Shown: positions 52,741 to 64,000 of the stretch, one piece after another
Numbering within the stretch: position 1 is the first letter of the stretch
Layout: each line of letters starts with the position of its first letter
Assembly: GCA_963832165.1 (NCBI GenBank)
Contig: CAWHTE010000002.1
Coordinates: 128,001 to 192,000 of the forward strand
Reading direction: 5' to 3'
Source: an uncultured delta proteobacterium
GTDB taxonomy: Bacteria; Myxococcota_A; UBA9160; SMWR01
Length of the DNA stretch: 64,000 bases
Made by a program: the position numbers and the translations under genes
The notes under the pieces: generated by a model
Database searches by the model: none
What the model saw: only the letters and a program-made list of their open reading frames with translations
What the model was told of the DNA's origin: nothing

Positions 52741-53880
52741 CTACGGCCCTGCGATCGAGGCGACGCCCGAGACCACGAGCCGCACGAGCTCGCTCTGCCG
52801 GCTCGTGTGCGTCTTTGCGAACACCTGCTTGAGCTGGCTGCGCGCGGTGTTCATCGTCACTCCGCGCGCGCCCGCGGCTTCGTCGAGCGAGCTCCCCTGG
52901 CACAGCAGCTCGACGAGCTGCGTCTCGGCCTCGGTCAGACCGTAGAGTTCGCGCAGCGTCTCGCGGCGGCGCAGCACACCCTGCTCGAGATCCGCCACGT
53001 AGAGCACTACGACCGCGTCGGCCAAGGTCGGATCTCCCTGGTGCGGACGCAGCGGACCCACGAGCACCGCGTACGGCCGGCGTCCCGAGCGTCGGCTCAC
53101 CGACAACACGGCGCTCTCGATCAGGCGACCCGAGACCGCGGCCTCCACCGAGGCCGTGATCGCGCGCCGCAGCGCTGCGTCGTCGCTCGCGACCGCCGCG
53201 TGCATCGACTCGCCCGCGTCGAGCGCGATTCCGTCGTTCTGCGTGAAGATCTTCCGCGCTCCGCGGTTCGCGAGCAGGAGATGCCCGCGCGCATCTAGCA
53301 GCATGACACCGGTCGGGAAACGATCGATCGCGTCTTCGAGCGCCTGATAGCGCCGGTTATCCGCCATCAGCCGATAGCCCAGCGCGAGATGCGGCGCGAT
53401 CAGGTCGCCGAACTCGAGATGCGACGCGTCGAACGGTCCGGTCGCCTCGGTGGGGAAGATCGCGAGCGCAGCCGCAGGATCTCCGCGCTCGCCGAGCGCG
53501 ATCGTGTGCGCGATCGGCGCGTGCGGTCCGAGGCCCTGCGGCACCATCCACTCGCGGTAGAAGTCGGACGCGCGCAGGCGCTCGTCCGAGATCACCTCGC
53601 TCGTGAGCCCGAAGCGGCCCACGAAATTCCGCCGACGGCCTTCCTCCCACGGGAGCCCTTGCTGCGCGTAGGCGGCGAAGCGCGGATGGTACTCGTCGCG
53701 GAAGCCACGAGATCGCAGGATCACGCCGGCGAGTGGAGATCCCGGCGGCTGGAGCGCGATCCCGGCGGGGGCACCCCTGAATGCGTCGGACAGCGCCTGG
53801 ACGAAGTCCTGCCACAGCGAGACGTCGAGGGCCGCCTCGTAGATACGCTGGACGAGGGGTAGGGCAAGAGACCGGTCCAT
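52741..53880 (-). CDS. GAF/PAS-containing LuxR-type HTH regulator
   Basis: C-terminal LYGLTEAETQL...TARSQLKQVFAKTHTSRQSELV; PAS-like GVMLLDARG. Confidence 0.88.
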   Translation of the reverse strand: MDRSLALPLVQRIYEAALDVSLWQDFVQALSDAFRGAPAGIALQPPGSPLAGVILRSRGFRDEYHPRFAAYAQQGLPWEEGRRRNFVGRFGLTSEVISDERLRASDFYREWMVPQGLGPHAPIAHTIALGERGDPAAALAIFPTEATGPFDASHLEFGDLIAPHLALGYRLMADNRRYQALEDAIDRFPTGVMLLDARGHLLLANRGARKIFTQNDGIALDAGESMHAAVASDDAALRRAITASVEAAVSGRLIESAVLSVSRRSGRRPYAVLVGPLRPHQGDPTLADAVVVLYVADLEQGVLRRRETLRELYGLTEAETQLVELLCQGSSLDEAAGARGVTMNTARSQLKQVFAKTHTSRQSELVRLVVSGVASIAGP

Positions 53881-53915
53881 GCCCGATTCCTGCGTAGAAC
53901 CCGAGCAGGGTACCC

Positions 53916-53953
53916 GGAAAGAATGAGGCCCGCTCCGATCTGGAGCGGGCCTC
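53916..53953 (-). terminator. Intrinsic terminator
   Basis: 12-bp perfect stem GAGGCCCGCTCC / GGAGCGGGCCTC with a 5-nt loop, followed by ATTCTTTCC on the minus strand. Confidence 0.75.
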
Positions 53954-54110
53954 GAGGATCAATCATGTGCGCAAGTGACTGGAGTCGTGATTGTCCTCAA
54001 CCGAGGAGAAACCAGAGAGCCGTGGGCACTGCGACATCAGCGGTCCCTCATCCGCCAACGTCACCGGCATCTCCAGGTCCGCCAAGGGAGAAGCATGCCC
54101 GAGGCGCTCT
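53916..54110 (-). ncRNA. Candidate structured RNA (sRNA or cis-regulatory leader), family unknown
   Basis: 13-bp stem with four G-U pairs that forms only on the minus strand, additional hairpins, and a terminator; no convincing ORF. Confidence 0.5.
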
Positions 54111-54236
54111 AACGCTGTCACCACCCATTTGGGGGCCAAACCACGAGAATCGCTCATGGTTCGAGCCCCGGATAACACGCGCTAAGGCCAGTTGGGCCGA
54201 TACCCGCACAGCATCGCCCTCCGGGGAGATCGGGCG

Positions 54237-57116
<2,880 letters not shown>

Positions 57117-57291
57117 GGCGGCACAAGGGATACCCGCTTGCCTGTTGGGCCGCCATCGCCGCGGCACTGCTCGGGATTCCGCTCGTCCGCGCTCGGCGCC
57201 AGCGACCCGGCCGGCCGCGCGCTCGGCGCCGGCCAGCTCGGTGGGGATCGGAGCCGAAGTCGTGAACGGACTGCAGGCCCCCGGCGTCCAA

Positions 57292-57319
57292 GCTTCGCGC
57301 CCAATGCTTCGCGCCCAAT
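57292..57319 (+). repeat. 14-bp direct repeat upstream of the sigma factor gene
   Basis: GCTTCGCGCCCAAT x2, immediately before a GGAGG RBS. Confidence 0.7.
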
Positions 57320-57335
57320 GGGAGGATCACAGACC

Positions 57336-58715
57336 GTGTCGGATCGAGACGCCGCGCTGTCGGGGGACGAAGGCCGAATCGGGGACTTTGCAGCCGAGAG
57401 CGCCCCGGCCTGGGATGGCGAGCCCCTGGAGAAACCCGTGAAGCGCAGGGCTGCGGCAACGCCCGCGCGGCTGCGCAGCTCCGGCGCCATGCTCGACGCG
57501 CGCCAGCTCTACATGAACCAGATCCAGGACGTTCCGGTCCTGAGTCGCGAAGCGATCGCGGTGATCTCCGATCGCATCCGCGAGCAGCAGGTGGTGTTCG
57601 AAGATTCGCTGCTCGCGATCCCGGGCGCGGCGAAGCGGGTGGTCGCGGAGTGGGATTCGCGGCGCTCGCGCGGGCTCGTAACCGCCGTGCTATGCCGGCA
57701 CGCGCGCGACGGCAGCCGGCGCGATTGGGGCAAGCACATCGACGCCCACCTCGTGCGCGCGCAGCAGCAGCTCGCGCGAAACCCGGTGTCGTACGCGCGC
57801 GTCGCGGAGACGCTGAAAGCGGCACAGCTCGCGTTCGACCTCCTGGTCGAGATCCACACGGAGCTGGTCGCTGCCGCCAAGCCGGACGCCAACCGTTCTG
57901 AGCGGCGCCGGCTCGGATTGGACAGCGCGACGGCACGCCGCCGCCTCGCGTGCGCGGAGCGCGCACTTGCCGAGTACCACCGGAACGTGCAGACGTTCGC
58001 GCAACACAACCTGCGGCTGGTCGCGAAGTGCGCGCATCGCTACCGCGGCCTCGGCCTGTCGTTCATGGATCTGGTGCAGGAGGGGAATCTCGGCTTGATC
58101 CGCGCGATCGAGAAATTCGAGCCCGAGCGCGGCTTCATGTTCTCCACCTATGCAGTGTGGTGGATCCAGCAGGCGATGATCCGCGCGGTCCAGAATCAGC
58201 GCCGCACCGTGCGCGTTCCCTCGCACGTCTGCGAGCAGCAGATCCGGCTGCGGCGAATCGAGAGCGAGATGTCGCGGCGGCTCGGGCGCGATCCGACGGG
58301 CGAGGAGCTCGCGCCGAAGATGGGGCTCTCCCCCGACGCCGTCGACGAGCTCGCGGCGACACTGGCTCCGATCCGCTCGCTCAACGCGCCCGCGCCGGGA
58401 CTCGAAGACGTCGAGCTCGCGGACCTGATCCGCGACGAGACGGTCACCGACCCCACCCTCGCGCTCGAGCGCGGCGAACAGTCCGCGGCGCTCGCGGGTC
58501 TGCTCGATTCACTGCCCCCGCGCGAGCGACAGGTGATCGATTGGCGCTTCGGCCTCTCCGGCGGCGACGAGCCGTCGACGCTCGGAGAGATCGGCGCGCG
58601 ACTCGGTCTGTCGCGCGAACGCGTGCGTCAGATCGAGGCGGCTGCGCTGTCGCGACTGCGCGCTACCGCGGGCCCGAACCGCACGCCTTTGGGCCCCTTC
58701 GACGACGCCGCCTGA
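57336..58715 (+). CDS. Sigma70-family RNA polymerase sigma factor (RpoD-like paralog)
   Basis: Region 1.2 LYMNQI, region 2 NLRLV...[10 protein letters not shown]...FSTYAVWWI, region 4 SRERVRQIE; no acidic region 1.1. Confidence 0.92.
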   Translation: MSDRDAALSGDEGRIGDFAAESAPAWDGEPLEKPVKRRAAATPARLRSSGAMLDARQLYMNQIQDVPVLSREAIAVISDRIREQQVVFEDSLLAIPGAAKRVVAEWDSRRSRGLVTAVLCRHARDGSRRDWGKHIDAHLVRAQQQLARNPVSYARVAETLKAAQLAFDLLVEIHTELVAAAKPDANRSERRRLGLDSATARRRLACAERALAEYHRNVQTFAQHNLRLVAKCAHRYRGLGLSFMDLVQEGNLGLIRAIEKFEPERGFMFSTYAVWWIQQAMIRAVQNQRRTVRVPSHVCEQQIRLRRIESEMSRRLGRDPTGEELAPKMGLSPDAVDELAATLAPIRSLNAPAPGLEDVELADLIRDETVTDPTLALERGEQSAALAGLLDSLPPRERQVIDWRFGLSGGDEPSTLGEIGARLGLSRERVRQIEAAALSRLRATAGPNRTPLGPFDDAA

Positions 58716-59197
58716 GCTCGGCAGCGCTGCTCGTGAGCGAGCAGCCAGCGCTTGCCCTCGAGCCCGCCGGCGTAGCCGACCAGGCTTCCGTTGGCGCCGA
58801 TCACGCGATGACACGGGATCGCGATCGCGATCGGGTTGCGTCGATTCGCGTCCCCGACCGCGCGCGCGGCTCCGCTCGATCCGACCCGCCGCGCGATCTC
58901 GCCGTAGCTCGCCGTGGCTCCGAGCGGGATCTCGCGCAGCGCGCGCCACACGCGGCGCTGGAACTCGCTGCCGCTCGGATCGAGCGGCAGCGACGCGAGC
59001 GCTTCGGTGGAGCCCGCGAAGTAGTCCGCGAACGCCGCGCGGGCCTGCTCGAGCACGCGCTGCGCAGCGCGGCTCGGCGCATCGCTGTGGGGCGACGACT
59101 CGATGCGCGCGGGTGAGACCCGCACCAGGGCGACCTCGCTCGCGACCAGCGCGTACCGGCCGAGCGGTGTGTCGATCGAAGTGGCGACGAAATGCAT
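58628..59197 (-). CDS. ogt: Methylated-DNA--protein-cysteine methyltransferase
   Basis: [24 protein letters not shown] and GYAGG motifs; 3' end overlaps the sigma gene. Confidence 0.9.
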   Translation of the reverse strand: MHFVATSIDTPLGRYALVASEVALVRVSPARIESSPHSDAPSRAAQRVLEQARAAFADYFAGSTEALASLPLDPSGSEFQRRVWRALREIPLGATASYGEIARRVGSSGAARAVGDANRRNPIAIAIPCHRVIGANGSLVGYAGGLEGKRWLLAHEQRCRAQAASSKGPKGVRFGPAVARSRDSAAASI

Positions 59198-59298
59198 CGG
59201 ATCCTCCTGCGCGATGTGAGGGGCGCCGGAGACGAGGATCGCGCGAGGCGAGCCGCGTGCTGGCGATTTTCGGACGCGGCAGGGCGGATCAGCGAGGG

Positions 59299-59895
59299 CT
59301 AAGGCACCTCGGCGCGTGCGACGAATCCGCGTAGCGCCTCGATCAGCGCATCGAACTCGAGCCGGTGCGCAGTCGGCAGCGCGTCGCAAAGCAGTGCGTG
59401 CGCAGATTCGTAGTACCAGCGAGTTCGCTCGGGACTCGCCGTGAATCGCTCGAGCACGCCGGGGCCCTCGCTGCGCAGATCCGCGATCAGCGTGCGCAGG
59501 TTGTGCAGCTTGTCGCACGCTGCGACGAGTCGGGCTCGCGGGCCCGCCGACGCGAGCTGCGCGAGGTAGCGCTTCTTGCGATCGCCCCAGGCCGACTTGC
59601 GCTTTCGGGTGTCGCCCGGAAGCAAGTCGGTGCACGCGGCCACGATCGCGGCGACCTCGCTGCCGAACTGCGCGCGCAGCCGGTCTTCGTCTACGCCCTC
59701 GCCGTCCTCGAGCGTGTCGTGCAGCAGCGCAGCGACGGCCTGCTCGACGTCGCCCCCGGCTTCGAACACGAGGCCCGCCACCGCCAGCAGATGGCTCCCG
59801 TAGGGCACGTCCGTGCCCTTGCGGGTCTGATTGCCGTGCACCGTCAGCGCGAAGTCGAGCGCTTCCACGAGGCGGCGTCGATCGGTTTCCTGCAC
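59299..59895 (-). CDS. HD domain protein, RelA/SpoT-type small alarmone hydrolase-like
   Basis: HGNQTRKGTDVPYGSH, ALLHDTLED and DKLHN motifs; GTG start after GGAGG. Confidence 0.85.
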   Translation of the reverse strand: MQETDRRRLVEALDFALTVHGNQTRKGTDVPYGSHLLAVAGLVFEAGGDVEQAVAALLHDTLEDGEGVDEDRLRAQFGSEVAAIVAACTDLLPGDTRKRKSAWGDRKKRYLAQLASAGPRARLVAACDKLHNLRTLIADLRSEGPGVLERFTASPERTRWYYESAHALLCDALPTAHRLEFDALIEALRGFVARAEVP

Positions 59896-60030
59896 GCCCT
59901 CCCTCCTCGGTCGCTCGCGGGTGCCTCCCGATGGCCCCGCGCGAATGTGATAGCTTTCGCGCGGATCGCTGGCCTCCCTCACCCCGAGATTGTCACAGCG
60001 CGCCTGCGCAAACGTGCGGAGCATTGCCGA

Positions 60031-61089
60031 TTGAGCCATCCGCTAGTCGCGCTCGCCCATGACAAGGCCGTCCGCCAGGCCGCGGAGTTCCGCGACGCCG
60101 CGGCGCAGCTGACACCGGATCGGCTCGCGGAGATCTACGCGGGGGAGCGCGCCGCCGCGCCGAGCGTGCACGAGGCCGGGCGCACCTACTTCGTCGACCG
60201 TTCCGGCAAGCCCGCGACCGAGCGGCGCAAGAACCGCGACGAAGAACACCTCGGTGCGGCGCTCGTGCGCGCCGCAGGCGACGCGGGACTCGAGCTACCC
60301 GACATGGCGGAGCGCCTGCGCCTGCTCGACTACCAGGTGCGCGCCAAGATCGGTCCGGTCGACGAGCCGGCCACGAAGGGCATCTCCCGCTTCGATCTCC
60401 TGGGCATCGGCCCCGGCGATCGGCTCGCGGTGATCCAGATGCGCTACCTCGAGCCCGCCGCGACGCGGTGTCACATCGGCGACACACCCCTGCGTGTGCT
60501 GATCGAGGGCCTCACCTACTGCGCGATCGCCGAGGCGAATCGCGCCGCGCTTGGGCAGGAGATCCTCGAGCGCTTCGGCCGCACCGTCGCGAGCGAGCCG
60601 CCGATCCTGTTCGTGATCGCGAGCACCCGCTACTGGGAGCTGTGCCGCAAGCGATCGACCCAGAAGGGAGCGGCGTGGATCCGCGAGCTCGAACGGATCG
60701 CCGCGGAGGCACCCGCCGCGATCGGCGTCCCGGTGCACTACCTCGCGCTGCGGCTCGACGGCAGCCCGGGCTGGAACTACGGCGAGGATGGACCCGTGCT
60801 GAGCGGCAATGCGCGCCTGCTGCCGGCGTGGGAGCCGAGCGCGGGGCGCGTGCGCCCGAAGCCGAAGTCGCGACCGCGCGTGCGCACCGAGCCGGTCGAG
60901 CAGGTGGTCGAAGGCGATATGTCGCGGCCCGTGCGCACCTACAGCCTGAGCGACAGCTACCGCGCGGGCGATCGGATTGCGCACCCGAAACTTGGAACGG
61001 GCGTCGTGCAGGGCACCGCGGGGCCGGGCAAGATCCGCGTGCGCTTCGACGAGCGCCAGAGCGTGCTCGTGCACGAGCGTTCGGCCTAG
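60031..61089 (+). CDS. Hypothetical protein: PD-(D/E)xK-like domain plus C-terminal Tudor-like domain
   Basis: LDYQV...FDLLG...LAVIQMR...DTPLRVLIEGLTY; C-terminal GDRIAHPKLGTGVV...IRVRF. TTG start inferred. Confidence 0.6.
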   Translation: MSHPLVALAHDKAVRQAAEFRDAAAQLTPDRLAEIYAGERAAAPSVHEAGRTYFVDRSGKPATERRKNRDEEHLGAALVRAAGDAGLELPDMAERLRLLDYQVRAKIGPVDEPATKGISRFDLLGIGPGDRLAVIQMRYLEPAATRCHIGDTPLRVLIEGLTYCAIAEANRAALGQEILERFGRTVASEPPILFVIASTRYWELCRKRSTQKGAAWIRELERIAAEAPAAIGVPVHYLALRLDGSPGWNYGEDGPVLSGNARLLPAWEPSAGRVRPKPKSRPRVRTEPVEQVVEGDMSRPVRTYSLSDSYRAGDRIAHPKLGTGVVQGTAGPGKIRVRFDERQSVLVHERSA

Positions 61090-61249
61090 CGAGCGCAGCC
61101 TGACGCGTCGCCGCCTACAAATTCGAGCACCTAACGATCGCCAATAAGGGAAACCGGATTCCACGCGACCTCGATCCGGTATTCCGGCTCAGCGCGATTA
61201 AGTGCTTGTTTCTAATGGTTCGTTCGAGTGATGATTCGCCGGACGACGC

Positions 61250-61264
61250 TGGCACGCAGCTTGC
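61250..61264 (+). promoter_or_regulatory. Sigma54 (-24/-12) promoter
   Basis: TGGCACGCAGCTTGC matches TGGCACG-N4-TTGC; an AT-rich IHF-like tract lies at about 61199-61216. Confidence 0.8.
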
Positions 61265-61353
61265 GTTGGGCGTTTGGAACCAGGAAGGGGAGCGCGGTTC
61301 GGCCAAGCTGCCGGTCGTGATGCTCTCACCCCAGAACTTCGGGAGAGCAAGCT

Positions 61354-62181
61354 GTGCTGAACCGCTGTCGGACTCTGGCTGCCGCATCGCTCGTCGCCTT
61401 GGCCACTGCGCCGTCTCAAGCGCTCGTGATCGACAATTTCGAGGAGGGAACCGTTCTCCCGGTCATCGATACGGGACTGAACGACTTTCTCAATACGATC
61501 CCGATCATCCCGGTGACCAACCCAGTGGGGGCCCAGACCGAGGTGTCCGGTCTCTCGACGGCGAACGTGGCTGGCGGGGTCCGGATCGTCGGAGCCGTCG
61601 CCACGACCGACCTGCTGGATCTGCCGGTCGATCCCTCGGACATCACCGGTCCGCTGCCGATCGCCCTGCCGACGGCCGTCCCGGGAACGGCCAGCGCGTC
61701 GCTCTTGCTTCCCCTGCCCGGACTCCCCGACGACGGACTCACGATGACCGCGCTCGGGGGAGCGGCGTTCCGGCTCATCTACGACGGACTCCCCGGTGGG
61801 AACACCGGATCGGGAATCAACGGCAACCTGAACCTGAATCTGTCGTTCTTCGACCACATCGAGCTCACGGCGCTCGCCGTCGTCACGGGCGTGCCGACTG
61901 AGATCCCCCAGATCCGCTTGACGCTGTCGGACTCGGTGCGCACCCGGAGCGGGTTGTTCGTAAACGTCGCCGAGGGCGTGAACATCCTCCCGATGAACAT
62001 CAACGCCTTCAATCTGATCGACAAGACCGACATCCAGCAGATCCTGATCGACATCCGCGGCATCACCACCACGTCGACCTTCCAGCTGATGCACATCGAA
62101 GCGGTTCCGGAGCCGAGCACGGCGCTGCTGGTCGCAGTGGGTCTGGTGGGATTGGCCGCGCGCCGCCGATCGGCGCGTTAG
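61354..62181 (+). CDS. PEP-CTERM sorting domain protein
   Basis: Signal peptide (APSQA/LVID) and C-terminal VPEPSTALLVAVGLVGLAARRR. Confidence 0.92.
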   Translation: MLNRCRTLAAASLVALATAPSQALVIDNFEEGTVLPVIDTGLNDFLNTIPIIPVTNPVGAQTEVSGLSTANVAGGVRIVGAVATTDLLDLPVDPSDITGPLPIALPTAVPGTASASLLLPLPGLPDDGLTMTALGGAAFRLIYDGLPGGNTGSGINGNLNLNLSFFDHIELTALAVVTGVPTEIPQIRLTLSDSVRTRSGLFVNVAEGVNILPMNINAFNLIDKTDIQQILIDIRGITTTSTFQLMHIEAVPEPSTALLVAVGLVGLAARRRSAR

Positions 62182-62194
62182 CCCCGACGCGCAT

Positions 62195-63685
62195 CTAACG
62201 CCTTAGGACTCCGCGGTTCCTGCCGACCTGGACGGGTGTGCCCGGTCGGCGCGGGTCGTAGAGCACGAAGTCGGTGAGCCGATCGCCGTCGATGTCGCCG
62301 AAGCGGATGCGCCCGCCCGTGTCGAGCGGCTGGCTCGCGTCGAGCTTCTCGTAGCCGGGCCTGTCCCGGCCGAGCCGCACCTCGAGGCGGTCACCCGCGC
62401 CCGAGCCCAGCAGGTCCTTGATCCCGTCGCCGTTCAGGTCGACCTCGAGCGTGGGCACGAAGCCGATCGAGCGGAACGTGTCGAAGCTGAACGGCACGCC
62501 GAGCTTCCAGCGATGCCACGGCTTGGCGTCGAACGGGGAGTGCTCGCCGAAGCGGTAGATCGACACCTCGGCGTCGATCTCGCGCGTCACGAGGATCTCG
62601 ACCACCTCGAGCACGCCCGCGGGAACGCGTGCCTCGATCAGCTCGACGCGTCCGTCGCCGTCGAGATCGATCACCGCGTTGCCCGAGAGCCCGCCCTCGG
62701 CGCGGATCTGCTGGTCGGGCTTGGCGAGATTCCAGCTGCCGCCCCGGTTCAGGTGGATCGACGCCGTGGTCGGCGCGGAGAACGAGAACACGCTGCCCAC
62801 CAGGTGCGAGATCAGGAGATCGAGGCGGTGATCGCCATCGAGGTCGATGGCGTCGACGCGCACGATCCCCGAATTGCGGATGTGGTCTTCTTTCGCGAGC
62901 AGACCGAGCGCGACCTGGCGCGTCGCGCGCTGCGGGAAGTGGCCCTGCGCGTCCTGCAGGAACACGCGCAGCTCGTGGCGATTCGAGCTCACGATGTCGC
63001 CGCGTCCGTCGCCGTCGACGTCGCCCACCGACAAGCGCGGGTGATCGAAGAAGATCTGCACCTCGCTCTCCGCGACGAGAGGTCCGGGACGCCGGGGTGT
63101 GTAGTAATTGGCGCGCGCGCCCACGTCGAGCTTGCCGACCACCTCGCCCGAGGGCGTGAGTACCGTGACGGTGCCGAAGCCGGGCACGAGCAGGCGCGGT
63201 GCGTCCGCGAGGCCGTCGCGCGCGATCCTGAGCCGGTCGATGCCGCGCTCGTCGGTGATCACCCCGATCGTGGGCGCGGGCCCGACCGCGAGATCGCGCG
63301 ACGAGAGCTCGCGGCCCGACAGCGACAGCAGCGTGACGCGGTCGCTCCGCAGAAGCATCAGCTCGGCACCGGGGCGCTCGTCGAGCTCCGAGAGGTCGTA
63401 CGCGGCGGATCCGCTCGGCAGCCGCGTACTCCAGTCGGGCTCGGCGGCGTACGTGCCATCCGGCCGCTGGTAGAACACGTGCAGCGTGCGCCGCTCCTCG
63501 GGCGGCATCCCATCGATGCGCGTGCACAAGAGATCGCCGCGCGCGTCGCCGTCGAGGTCGACGAGGTCCGCCTGCACCACGCGTGCGCCGAGCGCGAACT
63601 TCTGGATCGCGAACGGATCCTCCGCCGCCGCGGGCAGGGCGAGCGCCGCGCTGATCGCCGCGGCCGCGCACAGCCGGCCGATCAT
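62195..63685 (-). CDS. Secreted FG-GAP/VCBS repeat (beta-propeller) protein
   Basis: Signal peptide; repeated DxDGDG motifs (DLDGDARGDL, DVDGDGRGDI, DLNGDGIKDL, DIDGDRLTDF). Confidence 0.88.
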   Translation of the reverse strand: MIGRLCAAAAISAALALPAAAEDPFAIQKFALGARVVQADLVDLDGDARGDLLCTRIDGMPPEERRTLHVFYQRPDGTYAAEPDWSTRLPSGSAAYDLSELDERPGAELMLLRSDRVTLLSLSGRELSSRDLAVGPAPTIGVITDERGIDRLRIARDGLADAPRLLVPGFGTVTVLTPSGEVVGKLDVGARANYYTPRRPGPLVAESEVQIFFDHPRLSVGDVDGDGRGDIVSSNRHELRVFLQDAQGHFPQRATRQVALGLLAKEDHIRNSGIVRVDAIDLDGDHRLDLLISHLVGSVFSFSAPTTASIHLNRGGSWNLAKPDQQIRAEGGLSGNAVIDLDGDGRVELIEARVPAGVLEVVEILVTREIDAEVSIYRFGEHSPFDAKPWHRWKLGVPFSFDTFRSIGFVPTLEVDLNGDGIKDLLGSGAGDRLEVRLGRDRPGYEKLDASQPLDTGGRIRFGDIDGDRLTDFVLYDPRRPGTPVQVGRNRGVLRR

Positions 63686-64000
63686 CGATCTTCCGGCGGC
63701 AGCCACACCTCGCCGATCGCGAGCGAGCGCACGCGCTCCGGGTCGAGGTGCTCCCGCCCGACGATCTCCGCGAGCTCGCGCGGCGGCAGGTCGGCAGGCT
63801 CGTCGGTGAGATCGAAGGTGCCCCAATGCATCGCGAGCATCGCGCGTGCGCGCAGGTCGCGGTAGGCCTGCACGGCCTCGGCCGGATCCATGTGCTGCCA
63901 ACGCATGAACCAGCGCGGCGCATACGCGCCGATCGGGAGCAGCGCGACGTCGATCGGCCCGAAGCGGCGGCCGAACTCGGCGAAGCCGTGGAAATAGCCC
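63682..64000 (-). CDS. MBL-fold metallo-hydrolase (NAPE-PLD/RomA-like), 5' part outside the window
   Basis: DVALLPIGAYAPRWFM...HMDP...HWGTFDLTDEP motifs. Confidence 0.88.
   Translation of the reverse strand, partial: GYFHGFAEFGRRFGPIDVALLPIGAYAPRWFMRWQHMDPAEAVQAYRDLRARAMLAMHWGTFDLTDEPADLPPRELAEIVGREHLDPERVRSLAIGEVWLPPEDR

Noticed and set aside
53963..54178. 71-aa ORF in the intergenic region
   Set aside because: No good RBS, atypical codon usage and no motif; RNA structure explains the region better, though a peptide is not excluded.
57117..57335. Glycine riboswitch upstream of gcvP
   Set aside because: The GGAG..CCGAAG..CAGG-like text is on the wrong strand and lacks the aptamer stems.

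Overview
A very GC-rich, gene-dense bacterial chromosomal segment, probably from a Myxococcota/Deltaproteobacteria-like organism (inferred from PEP-CTERM proteins, tandem PilT ATPases, a REC-DUF4388-like-J-TPR protein and a TPR-bearing Ser/Thr kinase). It is mostly housekeeping and metabolic genes: ddl, larE, a DEAD-box helicase, gatCAB, ilvE, pgi, uvrA, ggt, a waaF-like GT9, Hsp33, htpX, gcvP, a sigma70-family factor and ogt. No rRNA, tRNA, CRISPR array, transposase or prophage gene was recognised. Five genes carry single frameshifts that look like read or assembly indels. The most interesting signals are: (1) a strand-specific structured RNA candidate with a terminator directly upstream of a LuxR-type regulator gene (about 53916-54135); (2) a recurring sigma28-like promoter motif, TCAAG-N15-GCCGAT, in front of six signalling or surface genes; (3) a PilT ATPase with an N-terminal MshEN-like (c-di-GMP) domain; (4) a GT4 / oxidoreductase / radical SAM / GT9 operon suggesting an unusual envelope sugar modification; (5) a GTAG-type REP-like repeat family that supplies stop codons and coding tails; and (6) a degenerate PD-(D/E)xK-like protein fused to a Tudor-like domain. 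All assignments come from reading motifs by eye; no database searches were run.
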